Part shown: positions 55,261 to 64,000 of the stretch, piece after piece
Numbering within the stretch: position 1 is the first letter of the stretch
Layout: every line of letters begins with the position of its first letter
NCBI GenBank assembly: GCA_021323755.1
Contig: JAJPKJ010000051.1
Coordinates: 403-64,402, forward strand
From: Chitinophagales bacterium
GTDB lineage: Bacteria > Bacteroidota > Bacteroidia > Chitinophagales > Chitinophagaceae
DNA: 64,000 bases
Reading direction: 5' to 3'
Notes under the pieces: model-generated
Seen by the model: only the letters and a program-made list of their open reading frames with translations
Databases searched by the model: none
What the model was told of the DNA's origin: nothing
Made by a program: the position numbers and the translations under genes

Positions 55261-55263
55261 ACT

Positions 55264-56094
55264 ATGAGCAAGAAAGTCTCCATACAAGGTTACGAAGGAA
55301 GTTTTCACCAGGAAGCGGCTCGTCAGTTTTTCGGGAAACAGGTAGCGGTGATTCCCTGTGCCACTTTTCGAGAAGTAGTAAAGATCGCTGCTAATAAAAA
55401 AGAAAGTGATGGAGGAGTAATGGCCATTGAAAACTCCATTGCCGGAAGCATATTGCCCAATTACAACCTGCTGCAAAAAAGCAATTTGAAGATCATCGGT
55501 GAAATTTATTTGCATATCAGCCAGAACCTGATGGTGAACCCGGGTGTAACGTTGAAGGATATACGGGAAGTGCACTCTCATCCGATGGCGATTCAGCAAT
55601 GCCTCGAATATCTTGATAAATTTGATTGGAAATTGGTAGAAACAGAAGATACTGCCCTGAGCGCAAAACAGGTGCATCAACACCGGAGCAAACATATTGC
55701 TGCCATCGCCAGTAAGTTGGCTGCAGAGCTTTTCCACCTGCAATTGATCGCGCCAAATATTCAAACGATGAAAAAAAATTACACCCGTTTTTTAATTGTA
55801 CAACCAGAAGCTGCGGCAGCAAAAATTGATAATGCTGATAAAGCTTCTGTCAATTTTCATACGGATCATTCGCGCGGAAGTCTGGCAAGGGTGCTCACCA
55901 AGATTGCGGATGCCGGCATTAATCTCAGCAAACTGCAATCTTTTCCAATTCCCGGCAGTGACTGGGAATATTCTTTTCACGCAGATATGGAATTTGACAC
56001 GATGGAACAATTCAACAACGTAATTGAAAATATCAAACCGATTACAGCAGGTTTGAAAATTTATGGTGTATATAAAAAAGGAAAAACGGTCTGA
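55264..56094 (+). CDS. pheA: prephenate dehydratase
   Basis: IQGYEGSFHQEAA, TRF motif (NYTRFLIV) and a C-terminal ACT domain (GSLARVLTKIADAGINLSKLQSFP). Confidence 0.92.
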   Translation: MSKKVSIQGYEGSFHQEAARQFFGKQVAVIPCATFREVVKIAANKKESDGGVMAIENSIAGSILPNYNLLQKSNLKIIGEIYLHISQNLMVNPGVTLKDIREVHSHPMAIQQCLEYLDKFDWKLVETEDTALSAKQVHQHRSKHIAAIASKLAAELFHLQLIAPNIQTMKKNYTRFLIVQPEAAAAKIDNADKASVNFHTDHSRGSLARVLTKIADAGINLSKLQSFPIPGSDWEYSFHADMEFDTMEQFNNVIENIKPITAGLKIYGVYKKGKTV

Positions 56095-56148
56095 TCCTCG
56101 AATTCAGCCAGGCAAAGTGTAGGTTGATAAGGAAAACAAATTCTTGAA

Positions 56149-57375
56149 ATGATTAAAAATTCAGATAATAAAATGAATGAATTAAAGACTTCCAGCAGGC
56201 TCGATGGCATCGGGGAATATTATTTCTCTCAAAAGCTGCGAGAGATCGACGATCTCAACAAGCAGGGAAAAAATATTATCAATCTCGGCATTGGCAGCCC
56301 CGATCTGCCGCCGCATCCGGAGGTGATCAGGACATTGCAGGAGGAAAGTGCAAAGACTAACGTGCATGCATACCAGAGTTATAAGGGCTCGCCAATTTTA
56401 CGAAATGCCATTGCCGACTGGTATAAAAAATGGTATGGCGTGGAATTGAATCCAGATGCAGAAATTTTACCCCTGATCGGAAGCAAGGAAGGCATTATGC
56501 ATATCTGCATGACTTATTTTGAAGGGGGAGTTGGCGTGCTCGTTCCCAATCCCGGTTATCCGACTTATTCAAGTGCGATCAAACTCTCAGGAGCAACGCC
56601 GGTCTATTATGAATTACAGGAAGAGCAGAATTATTTCCCCGATTTTATAGAGCTTAAAAAGCTGATTGTAGAACATGCCCGGTCAAGTCCAATAAAAGGG
56701 ATTTTTGTCAATTATCCGCAAATGCCCACGGGACAACTGCCGACAAAGCAATTTTTTGAAGAGCTGGTTGCATTTGCAAAAGCAAATAATATTTTGGTCA
56801 TTCATGATAATCCATACAGTTTTATTTTAAATGAAGAACCGATGAGTTTATTGAGTGTTGATGGAGCAAAAGAGGTGGTGATTGAATTAAACTCACTCAG
56901 TAAGTCGCAAAATATGGCGGGCTGGCGCGTAGGAATGCTCGTTGGCGCAAAACAAAGAGTAGACGAAGTTTTGCGCTTCAAAAGCAATATGGATAGCGGC
57001 ATGTTTTTACCTGTTCAGCTGGCGGCAGCAAAAGCTCTTTCGCTTGGTAAGGATTGGTACGACAGCGTTAATGTCATATACAGAAAAAGAAGAGAAAAGG
57101 TCTTTGAATTGCTAGACCTGATTCATTGTGTTTATTCGACCCAGCAAGTTGGGATGTTTGTGTGGGCAAAGATCCCGGCGAAATATAAAACCGGGTTTGA
57201 GCTGAGTGATGAAGTGTTATACCATGCAAATGTGTTCATCACACCTGGCGGCATATTTGGAAGTGCCGGGGAAAAATATGTGAGGGTAAGTCTTTGTACC
57301 ACAGAAGAGAAGTTTTCCGAAAGTATAAGAAGAGTAAAAGAATTTCTAGCCATTAAAACAACAGCAAATGTTTGA
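56149..57375 (+). CDS. class I/II PLP-dependent aminotransferase (aromatic/prephenate aminotransferase candidate)
   Basis: NLGIGSPDLPP...NPGYPTY...NSLSKSQNMAGWRVG (PLP lysine). An alternative ATG at 56173 gives MNELKTS. Confidence 0.88.
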   Translation: MIKNSDNKMNELKTSSRLDGIGEYYFSQKLREIDDLNKQGKNIINLGIGSPDLPPHPEVIRTLQEESAKTNVHAYQSYKGSPILRNAIADWYKKWYGVELNPDAEILPLIGSKEGIMHICMTYFEGGVGVLVPNPGYPTYSSAIKLSGATPVYYELQEEQNYFPDFIELKKLIVEHARSSPIKGIFVNYPQMPTGQLPTKQFFEELVAFAKANNILVIHDNPYSFILNEEPMSLLSVDGAKEVVIELNSLSKSQNMAGWRVGMLVGAKQRVDEVLRFKSNMDSGMFLPVQLAAAKALSLGKDWYDSVNVIYRKRREKVFELLDLIHCVYSTQQVGMFVWAKIPAKYKTGFELSDEVLYHANVFITPGGIFGSAGEKYVRVSLCTTEEKFSESIRRVKEFLAIKTTANV

Positions 57376-58216
57376 TTCGATTACCATTGTTGGTGTTGGA
57401 TTGATAAGTGGTTCATTCAGTCTGGCCTTAAAGCAGAAAGGCCTGGTGAAAAATGTGATTGGCATCAGCCGCACCGAAGCCAGCATCAAAAAAGCATTGG
57501 AACTTGGACTGATAGACGAGTCTTTGCCTTTAAAAGAAGCAGTGGAAAAAAGTGATTTGATCTATGTGGCGATCCCGGTGGATGTAACGATAACGGTTAT
57601 GCGTGAAATAATGGACATGATCAATGAAAAACAAATTGTTGCGGATGCCGGTTCGACAAAATACGCGCTATGTTCATCCTTGGCTGATCATCCGATGCGC
57701 AGCAGGTTTGTTGCCACCCACCCGATGTGGGGAACTGAGTATAGCGGACCGGAAGCTGCGGTGAAAGATGCCTTCGTTGGTCGTAGCTGCGTCATCTGTG
57801 AAAAAGAAAAAAGTGATAAAGATGCTGTCGAAACCATTGAAAATATTTACCGGCAACTGGGGATGCATTTGGTATACATGGATGCATACGCGCATGACGT
57901 GCATGCTGCTTATGTGAGCCATATTTCTCACATCACTTCTTTTGCGCTGGCAAACACGGTCCTGGAAAAAGAAAAAGAGGAAGATGCGATCTTTGAATTG
58001 GCAGGGGGCGGCTTTGAAAGCACGGTGCGTTTGGCGAAAAGTAGTCCGGCAATGTGGGCTCCTGTTTTTATGCAAAACAGAGAAAATGTTTTGGATGTCT
58101 TGAATGAACATATTTCTCAGTTGCGGAAATTTAAGAGCTGTCTGGAAAAAGAGAATTACGAATACTTGTGGGAGTTAATGGTAAATGCAAATAAGATCAA
58201 GAAGTTAATAAAATGA
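57368..58216 (+). CDS. tyrA: prephenate dehydrogenase
   Basis: ITIVGVGLISGSFSLALK (NAD fold)...DAGSTK...HPMWGTE...SHISHITSFAL. Overlaps the upstream gene by 8 nt. Confidence 0.9.
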   Translation: MFDSITIVGVGLISGSFSLALKQKGLVKNVIGISRTEASIKKALELGLIDESLPLKEAVEKSDLIYVAIPVDVTITVMREIMDMINEKQIVADAGSTKYALCSSLADHPMRSRFVATHPMWGTEYSGPEAAVKDAFVGRSCVICEKEKSDKDAVETIENIYRQLGMHLVYMDAYAHDVHAAYVSHISHITSFALANTVLEKEKEEDAIFELAGGGFESTVRLAKSSPAMWAPVFMQNRENVLDVLNEHISQLRKFKSCLEKENYEYLWELMVNANKIKKLIK

Positions 58217-58342
58217 GGGATGATCCGGGGATTGATCAATGGTGAAAGAAGTTCTACATGGGGTGCGGGATGGGATGTCTGGCTGGATAGTATGCTGGGA
58301 ACGCTCGGCAGACCGCTAAAATCAGACATCGTACATTAATCG

Positions 58343-58350
58343 TACCTTTG
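58343..58350 (+). promoter_or_regulatory. candidate -7 box (TACCTTTG)
   Basis: TAnnTTTG match, 19 nt upstream of the helicase ATG at 58370. Confidence 0.35.
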
Positions 58351-58369
58351 CGCAAAATTTTAAAAATAT

Positions 58370-60055
58370 ATGATGACTTTTGAAGGGCTTGGATTGGATG
58401 CAAAATTAGTTCAGGCAACGGATGCGCTGGGATATAAGAATCCAACGCCAATCCAGGAACAGGCGATCCCTGTTTTATTAAGTGGTACAAAAGACCTGGT
58501 TGGTCTCGCTCAAACAGGCACCGGTAAAACAGCAGCATTCGGATTACCATTGCTGCAATTGATCTCGGTGGAGCAAAAATTTCCGCAGGCGTTGGTGGTT
58601 TGTCCAACGAGAGAACTGTGTCTGCAGATCGTAAGTGAAGTGGAATTGTTTAAAAAGTTTTTGCCGGGAATGCATGTTGTTGCCGTTTATGGCGGCGCTT
58701 CCATTGGCATGCAGATAAGAGATTTGAAAAGAGGCGTTCAGATCGTTGTGGCGACGCCGGGTAGACTGATTGATTTGATAGAAAGAAAAGCGATCAATCT
58801 TGAACAGATAAAATATGTTGTGCTTGATGAGGCCGATGAAATGCTGAACATGGGTTTCCAGGACGACATCGAATTTATTTTGCAGAATACGCCAAAAAGA
58901 GAGGCAACATGGCTTTTCAGCGCCACCATGCCGGCTGAGATCAAGCGGGTAAGCAGAAAATACATGAAGCAGCCGATCGAGATCACGGTTGGCAAAGTAA
59001 ATACCGCAAATAAGAATATTGACCATCAATTTTATGTTACGTCTGCGCATCACCGTTATGATACACTAAAAAGAATCATTGATTTCAACCCGGGTATTTA
59101 TGGGATCATTTTTACCCGGACAAAAGCAGACGCTCAAAACATTGCGGAAAAATTGACCAGGGAAGGATATGATATTGATGCGCTCCACGGCGATTTGACG
59201 CAGCAGCAGCGCGATAAAGTGATGGGAGAATTCCGGGAAAGAGCTTTGCAGTTATTGATCGCCACGGATGTGGCAGCAAGAGGAATTGATGTGCAGGGGA
59301 TCACGCATGTTATCAATTATGAATTGCCGGATGATGTGGAAGTGTATACGCATCGCAGCGGAAGAACGGGAAGAGCCGGCAACACCGGAATTTGTTTATC
59401 GATCATACATAGCCGGGAGATCGGGAAGCTCCGACAGATAGAAAGGATTGTACAGGTTCCTTTTCACAAATTGGAAATACCCAGTGGAAAAGATGTTTGT
59501 CGAAAACAGTTCTTCTATTTTATGGAGAAGTTATTACAGGCAGATATCAGTCATGGAGATTATGAATCTTATGTGCCGATGCTGGAAGAAAAATTTGCAG
59601 ACATCAGTAAGGAAGAGGTGCTGAAGCGAATGGCAGCGATGGAATTCAACAGGTTCTTAAAATCCTATGAAAATGCGGAAGACCTGAATGTGAGAGAACG
59701 TGTTCGCGAATTCAGAACCGAGGAGAGGGCAGGGGCAAGACAAAGGAGAGAACCGGCATCCTCGCAGGCAAGAAGTTTCAGAGACACCAGAGGACGAGAA
59801 TTCAATGGTAATGGTGATTACACCAAACTGTTCGTGAACCTTGGAACGAAGGACGGTTTTTATAAAGCAAGCTTTTTACAGTTCATTCTTGACATGAGCG
59901 ATCTGAGAAAAGAAGTGCTCGGAAGAATTGACATGAAAGAAATGAACAGTTGGATCGAAGTGGACAGAAATGCGGCAACGCAAATGATCCGGTCGATCGA
60001 TGGGAAAAATTATAAAGGTAGAAGGATCAGGATGAATGAAGCGAACAGCAGATAG
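58370..60055 (+). CDS. DEAD-box ATP-dependent RNA helicase with C-terminal DbpA-type RNA-binding domain
   Basis: Q motif (GYKNPTPIQ), AQTGTGKT, PTRELC, DEAD (VLDEADEM), SAT, HRSGRTGRAG. An Arg-rich linker is followed by a DbpA-like tail. Confidence 0.93.
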   Translation: MMTFEGLGLDAKLVQATDALGYKNPTPIQEQAIPVLLSGTKDLVGLAQTGTGKTAAFGLPLLQLISVEQKFPQALVVCPTRELCLQIVSEVELFKKFLPGMHVVAVYGGASIGMQIRDLKRGVQIVVATPGRLIDLIERKAINLEQIKYVVLDEADEMLNMGFQDDIEFILQNTPKREATWLFSATMPAEIKRVSRKYMKQPIEITVGKVNTANKNIDHQFYVTSAHHRYDTLKRIIDFNPGIYGIIFTRTKADAQNIAEKLTREGYDIDALHGDLTQQQRDKVMGEFRERALQLLIATDVAARGIDVQGITHVINYELPDDVEVYTHRSGRTGRAGNTGICLSIIHSREIGKLRQIERIVQVPFHKLEIPSGKDVCRKQFFYFMEKLLQADISHGDYESYVPMLEEKFADISKEEVLKRMAAMEFNRFLKSYENAEDLNVRERVREFRTEERAGARQRREPASSQARSFRDTRGREFNGNGDYTKLFVNLGTKDGFYKASFLQFILDMSDLRKEVLGRIDMKEMNSWIEVDRNAATQMIRSIDGKNYKGRRIRMNEANSR

Positions 60056-60186
60056 CATTTCGGTTTTTCCGTTCAGCTTATGGTTCTGATATCAAACTGA
60101 CCCCAAGGGAAATAATTAATAATTAAAATGGATGTAAGATTTGAACAGATCCTACATCTCATAATCGTAAATCTTAAATTGTTATC

Positions 60187-61275
60187 ATGGAAGCAACAGC
60201 ATCAAAAATGAAGGAAGTGGTTCAGGAAAAATGGAAGAAACGCCCATTAATCATTTCGGGACCATGTAGTGCGGAGACGGAAGAACAGGTGGTTGAAACT
60301 GCAGTTCGTTTACATAAGACCGGTAAAGTGGATATTATGCGTGCAGGAATTTGGAAGCCGCGCACGCGCCCCGGAAGTTTTGAAGGCGTGGGCGCAAAGG
60401 GCTTGCCCTGGCTGCAGCATGCGAAAAAACTCACCGGCATTCCGGTCGCTGTGGAAGTTGCAACCGGCAAGCAAGTGGAAGATGCATTGACCTTTGAAGT
60501 AGATGTACTCTGGATTGGCGCGCGCACCACCGTGAATCCTTTTAGCGTGCAGGAAGTTGCAGATGCCCTTCGTGGTGTTGATGTTCCGGTGCTCATAAAA
60601 AACCCGATCAATCCAGACCTGGAATTGTGGACCGGAGCGGTAGAGCGTGTAGCAAAAGCGGGCATCAAACAAATCGGATTGATACATCGTGGATTTTCTT
60701 CTTACGGGAATACCGAATATCGCAATGCACCGATGTGGCACCTGGCCATTGAAATGAAACGCCGCAATCCCGGATTGCTTTTTATCAATGACCCATCTCA
60801 TATTTGCGGACGCAGGGATATCCTGCAGGATGTCGCACAGGAGGCGATCGACCTTGATTATGATGGATTGATCATCGAAAGTCATATTGACCCCGACAAT
60901 GCCTGGAGCGACGCAAAACAACAGATCACTCCGGAGCGTCTGGCTGAAATGCTCAGTAGCATTCGCTGGAGAAAAGAAGATATTGCCTCCGAAGAATATC
61001 ATGCGGCAATGGAAAAGATGCGCCAGCAGATCAATCAGCTGGATGATGAGTTGATGCAAATCCTGAGCACCAGGATGAAAGTGTCTGAAAAGATCGGACA
61101 GTATAAAAAAGACAATAACATCACCATTTTGCAAACCAACAGGTGGAACGCAATATTGGAGCGGGCTTATGCAAAAGGTGAAAAGCTCGGATTAAGTAAA
61201 GAGTTCATCACCAAATATTTTGACGCCGTGCATATGGAAAGCATTAATCATCAGAACAAGATCCTGAATTCGTGA
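60187..61275 (+). CDS. bifunctional 3-deoxy-7-phosphoheptulonate synthase (type I-beta) / chorismate mutase
   Basis: N-terminal KDSA-like DAHPS (IISGPCSAE...KPRT.PGSFEG...DPSH) and a C-terminal AroQ-type chorismate mutase (QINQLDDELMQILSTRMKVSEKIGQYK). Confidence 0.9.
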   Translation: MEATASKMKEVVQEKWKKRPLIISGPCSAETEEQVVETAVRLHKTGKVDIMRAGIWKPRTRPGSFEGVGAKGLPWLQHAKKLTGIPVAVEVATGKQVEDALTFEVDVLWIGARTTVNPFSVQEVADALRGVDVPVLIKNPINPDLELWTGAVERVAKAGIKQIGLIHRGFSSYGNTEYRNAPMWHLAIEMKRRNPGLLFINDPSHICGRRDILQDVAQEAIDLDYDGLIIESHIDPDNAWSDAKQQITPERLAEMLSSIRWRKEDIASEEYHAAMEKMRQQINQLDDELMQILSTRMKVSEKIGQYKKDNNITILQTNRWNAILERAYAKGEKLGLSKEFITKYFDAVHMESINHQNKILNS

Positions 61276-61342
61276 ATGGTGAATGGTCAATCGGGAATAG
61301 TGCCCTTCCACTCGCGACTGACCATTGACGAAACAATTGCCA

Positions 61343-62374
61343 ATGCAAAAAAAAATACTTCAATTTTCATCAAAAAGAGTCAGCTATTATTTCGATGCAG
61401 ATTTTAGCTTCCTGGAAAAAATTGTTGACAAAAAATATGCAGCGATCATTACTGACGAAAATATCTTCAAAACTTTTAAAAAGAAATTTGACGGCTGGAA
61501 TGTGATTTTGATCAAAGCCGGGGAAGAATATAAAGTGCAGGATACTGTTGACAAGATCGTCAATCAGCTGATCGGTATGGAAGCTGATCGTAAGACCTTT
61601 TTGATCGGCGTCGGTGGCGGAATCGTTACCGATATCACCGGTTATGTCGGTTCGGTATATATGCGCGGCATCAAATTTGGATTTGTGCCCACCTCATTGC
61701 TCGCCATGGTGGATGCATCCATCGGTGGAAAAAACGGGATAGATGTTGGCGTATATAAAAATTTAGTCGGCACCATCAACCAACCTGATTTTTTGTTGTA
61801 TGATATTTCTTTTTTAAAATCTTTGCCGCAACACGAATGGGCAAATGGATTTGCAGAGATCATCAAGCACGCGTGTATAAAAGATGCGAAACTTTTTAAA
61901 GAGCTGGAAAAGAACAAACTTGCACATTATCAAAAAAACAAACCGGCCTTGGTGGGTCTTATCCAACGCAATGCATTGTTGAAATCAATTATTGTTCAAA
62001 AGGATGAGTTTGAAACGGGCGAAAGGCAATTGTTGAATTTCGGTCACACACTGGGTCATGCTATCGAAAAAATTTATGATCTCCCGCATGGTCAGGCTAT
62101 TTCGATCGGTATGGCCACGGCATGCATCCTTTCAGAGCACTACCTCGACTTTAAAGAAACTTCCAGAATAATATCAACACTTGATAAATACGGTTTGCCA
62201 ACATTAGCGGAATTTGAACCCAAAAAGGTTTTTGATATGATGAAGATGGACAAGAAAAAAGTGAAAGAGTCTATCAATTATGTTCTGCTGAAAAAAATAG
62301 GGGAGGCACAAACAAAATCAATCGCCATTAATGATCTGGAGAAAATCATTTATTCGATTATCAGGGCGAGATGA
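61343..62374 (+). CDS. aroB: 3-dehydroquinate synthase
   Basis: GVGGGIVTDITG...VPTSLLAMVDASIGGKNG...NFGHTLGHAIE. ATG at 61343 (the ORF-track start at 61325 is TTG). Confidence 0.92.
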   Translation: MQKKILQFSSKRVSYYFDADFSFLEKIVDKKYAAIITDENIFKTFKKKFDGWNVILIKAGEEYKVQDTVDKIVNQLIGMEADRKTFLIGVGGGIVTDITGYVGSVYMRGIKFGFVPTSLLAMVDASIGGKNGIDVGVYKNLVGTINQPDFLLYDISFLKSLPQHEWANGFAEIIKHACIKDAKLFKELEKNKLAHYQKNKPALVGLIQRNALLKSIIVQKDEFETGERQLLNFGHTLGHAIEKIYDLPHGQAISIGMATACILSEHYLDFKETSRIISTLDKYGLPTLAEFEPKKVFDMMKMDKKKVKESINYVLLKKIGEAQTKSIAINDLEKIIYSIIRAR

Positions 62375-62462
62375 TCACACCAGGTGGTCCAGAGCGGAGA
62401 CGGAGAATATGATCATCGGGTTTCATATTTAAGATCCCCGGTTTTTTGAAAAATTGTAAAGC

Positions 62463-63773
62463 ATGCAAGCGATTATTCATCCATCTATATTAACGGGAAC
62501 AATACAGGCGCCAGCTTCCAAGAGTTCGATGCAGCGTGCATGCGCCGCAGCATTGATCTCAAAAAATAAAAGTATTATCCATAATCCCGGCCATTCAAAT
62601 GATGATAAAGCAGCTCTTGGCATATTAAGGTCGTTGGGGTGTGCATGGTCGATGGTGAATGGTGAATTGGTGGTTGAGCCTGGCAATACTTTTTTGAACC
62701 CGATACCGGTCGCTCACCACGCACCGCTCAGGGTAAATTGCGGTGAAAGTGGTCTTGGCATCCGCATGTTTGCGCCGATATTGGCATTGAGTAAAAATCA
62801 GATCATTATTGACGGGCAGGGGAGTCTACTGAGCCGTCCGATGGATTTCTTTGATGATGTGCTTCCGCAATTGGGAGTGGAAATTATTTCAAACAATGGG
62901 AAGCTGCCGCTGAAAATCAAAGGGCCGCTGCAGCCAAAAAATATTGAAATTGATGGTTCCCTGAGTTCGCAATTCTTAACCGGATTGCTATTTGCATTTT
63001 CGGCAAGCGACACCAATGATGTCAGGATTGAAGTGAACAATCTCAAAAGCAAACCCTATATTGATCTAACCCTGAAGGTTATGCGTGATTTCGGTTTGCG
63101 CGTCCCGGAAAATAGAAATTATCAGGAATTTTATTTTTATTCAGTCACAAACAGCCAACCCCAGACGACAAACTATATTGTCGAAGGCGATTGGAGCGGA
63201 GGTGCATTCTTATTGGTCGCCGGCGCTATCGCCGGAAATATTGTGGTGAAGGGATTGGATGTGCATTCAACCCAGGCTGATAAAAAAATCATTGACGCAT
63301 TGAAAGAATCAAATGCAAAAATGATTCTTAACTATAACGAAATTCAGCTGCAGCAAAGCGAGCTGAAATCCTTTAATTTTGATGCAACGGACTGCCCGGA
63401 TCTATTTCCGCCTCTGGTCGCACTCGCCGCAAACTGTAAAGGGGAAACAAGGATAAAAGGGGCGAAAAGATTAACGCATAAAGAGAGTAATCGCGCAATA
63501 ACATTACAGGATGAGTTTGGAAAAATGGAGGTAGAAATCATTTTGCAGGATGATGACATGATCGTGAAGGGAGCAAATGAAATAAAAGGGGCAAAGGTTC
63601 ATTCACATCATGATCATCGCATTGCGATGGCCTGTGCGGTGGCGGCATTAACAGCAAGAGGCGAGACAATCATTGAAGAGGCCGAGGCGATCGATAAATC
63701 ATATCCTGATTTTTATGCGCATTTGAAATCCTTAGGTGCCTTAATTCAGACAAAACAACTAATCAACCAATAA
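62463..63773 (+). CDS. aroA: 3-phosphoshikimate 1-carboxyvinyltransferase (EPSP synthase)
   Basis: APASKSSMQRA...LSSQFLTGLL...HKESNRA...HHDHRIAMA motifs. Confidence 0.93.
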   Translation: MQAIIHPSILTGTIQAPASKSSMQRACAAALISKNKSIIHNPGHSNDDKAALGILRSLGCAWSMVNGELVVEPGNTFLNPIPVAHHAPLRVNCGESGLGIRMFAPILALSKNQIIIDGQGSLLSRPMDFFDDVLPQLGVEIISNNGKLPLKIKGPLQPKNIEIDGSLSSQFLTGLLFAFSASDTNDVRIEVNNLKSKPYIDLTLKVMRDFGLRVPENRNYQEFYFYSVTNSQPQTTNYIVEGDWSGGAFLLVAGAIAGNIVVKGLDVHSTQADKKIIDALKESNAKMILNYNEIQLQQSELKSFNFDATDCPDLFPPLVALAANCKGETRIKGAKRLTHKESNRAITLQDEFGKMEVEIILQDDDMIVKGANEIKGAKVHSHHDHRIAMACAVAALTARGETIIEEAEAIDKSYPDFYAHLKSLGALIQTKQLINQ

Positions 63774-63783
63774 ATTTTTCACC

Positions 63784-64000
63784 TTGAATTCATTCGGTCG
63801 CATATTTCGGGCAAGCATTTTCGGAGAATCTCACGGAGATGGTGTCGGCGTTATTGTGGATGGATGTCCGGCAGGATTATCTTTAACTGGGGAAGATTTT
63901 TTAGAGGACCTGGAAAGAAGAAAGGGCGGCATGCAAAAAGGGACAACGCCCCGGAAAGAGGATGATCTGCCGATTTTTAAGAGCGGGATTTTTAATGATA
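63784..64000 (+). CDS. aroC: chorismate synthase, 5' part (truncated by the window end)
   Basis: TTG start at 63784. Translation (M)NSFGRIFRASIFGESHGDGVGVIVDGCPAGL is the canonical AroC N-terminus. Not in the ORF track because no stop lies within the window. Confidence 0.85.
   Translation, partial: MNSFGRIFRASIFGESHGDGVGVIVDGCPAGLSLTGEDFLEDLERRKGGMQKGTTPRKEDDLPIFKSGIFND

Noticed and set aside
60128-60211. 27-codon ORF plus imperfect hairpin (60131-60158) upstream of the DAHP synthase gene, considered as a second aromatic leader/attenuator
   Set aside because: The peptide (MDVRFEQILHLIIVNLKLLSWKQQHQK) has only one Phe and one Trp. The ORF overlaps the DAHPS start, and the hairpin lacks a U-tract. 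It does not have attenuator architecture.
60310-61134. 274-aa ORF antisense to the DAHP synthase/chorismate mutase gene
   Set aside because: It is fully contained within, and opposite to, a gene with unmistakable enzyme motifs. Its translation is low-complexity and motif-less (Cys/His/Phe-rich), which is typical of a shadow ORF in the complementary frame.
1-64000. Mobile elements, CRISPR arrays, tRNA/rRNA genes, defence islands
   Set aside because: I looked for transposase, integrase or recombinase-like ORFs, regularly spaced direct repeats, tRNA-like cloverleaf ends and clusters of large unannotatable ORFs. None were found. Every ORF above about 120 aa that is not an antisense shadow has a housekeeping or envelope-related assignment or a plausible hypothetical one.

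Overview
This 64-kb window reads as ordinary core chromosome of a Bacteroidota bacterium. That assignment is inference from gene content, frequent lipoprotein signal peptides, CarboxypepD_reg/DUF-type proteins, lack of Shine-Dalgarno sequences and TAnnTTTG -7 boxes; the proteins look Chitinophagales/Sphingobacteriia-like. About 57 protein genes are packed at roughly 90% coding density. They include two ECF sigma/anti-sigma modules, kynU, pyrF, ribD, prmC, exbBD, pepT, fmt, murB, priA, plsC, mtaB, an M16 peptidase, fbaB and a cystathionine-beta-synthase-like enzyme. There is also a five-gene inositol-lipid cluster, MurNAc salvage genes (NamZ-like, BadF-type kinase, murQ) and an aromatic amino-acid supraoperon (pheA-aminotransferase-tyrA ... 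DAHP synthase/chorismate mutase-aroB-aroA-aroC). I saw no rRNA or tRNA genes, CRISPR arrays, transposases, integrases, phage genes or recognisable defence genes, so I cannot honestly point to a novel multi-gene system. The best leads are non-coding. (1) A 30-codon leader ORF with ten consecutive Phe/Tyr codons plus a terminator abuts pheA, which looks like a ribosome-mediated attenuator. (2) A bipartite motif TGTAACC-N15-TAGTC occurs three times in the divergent region of the second ECF sigma gene and looks like its cognate promoters. (3) A 500-bp ORF-poor spacer carries nine same-strand TTGGA motifs, three GATATTGG copies and nested inverted repeats. (4) An uncharacterised DUF5686-type outer-membrane protein sits inside the inositol-lipid cluster. 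All motif and hairpin coordinates were read by eye; no folding, alignment or database search was possible. Several ORF-track starts are TTG/GTG extensions, and I trimmed them to the most plausible ATG where stated.
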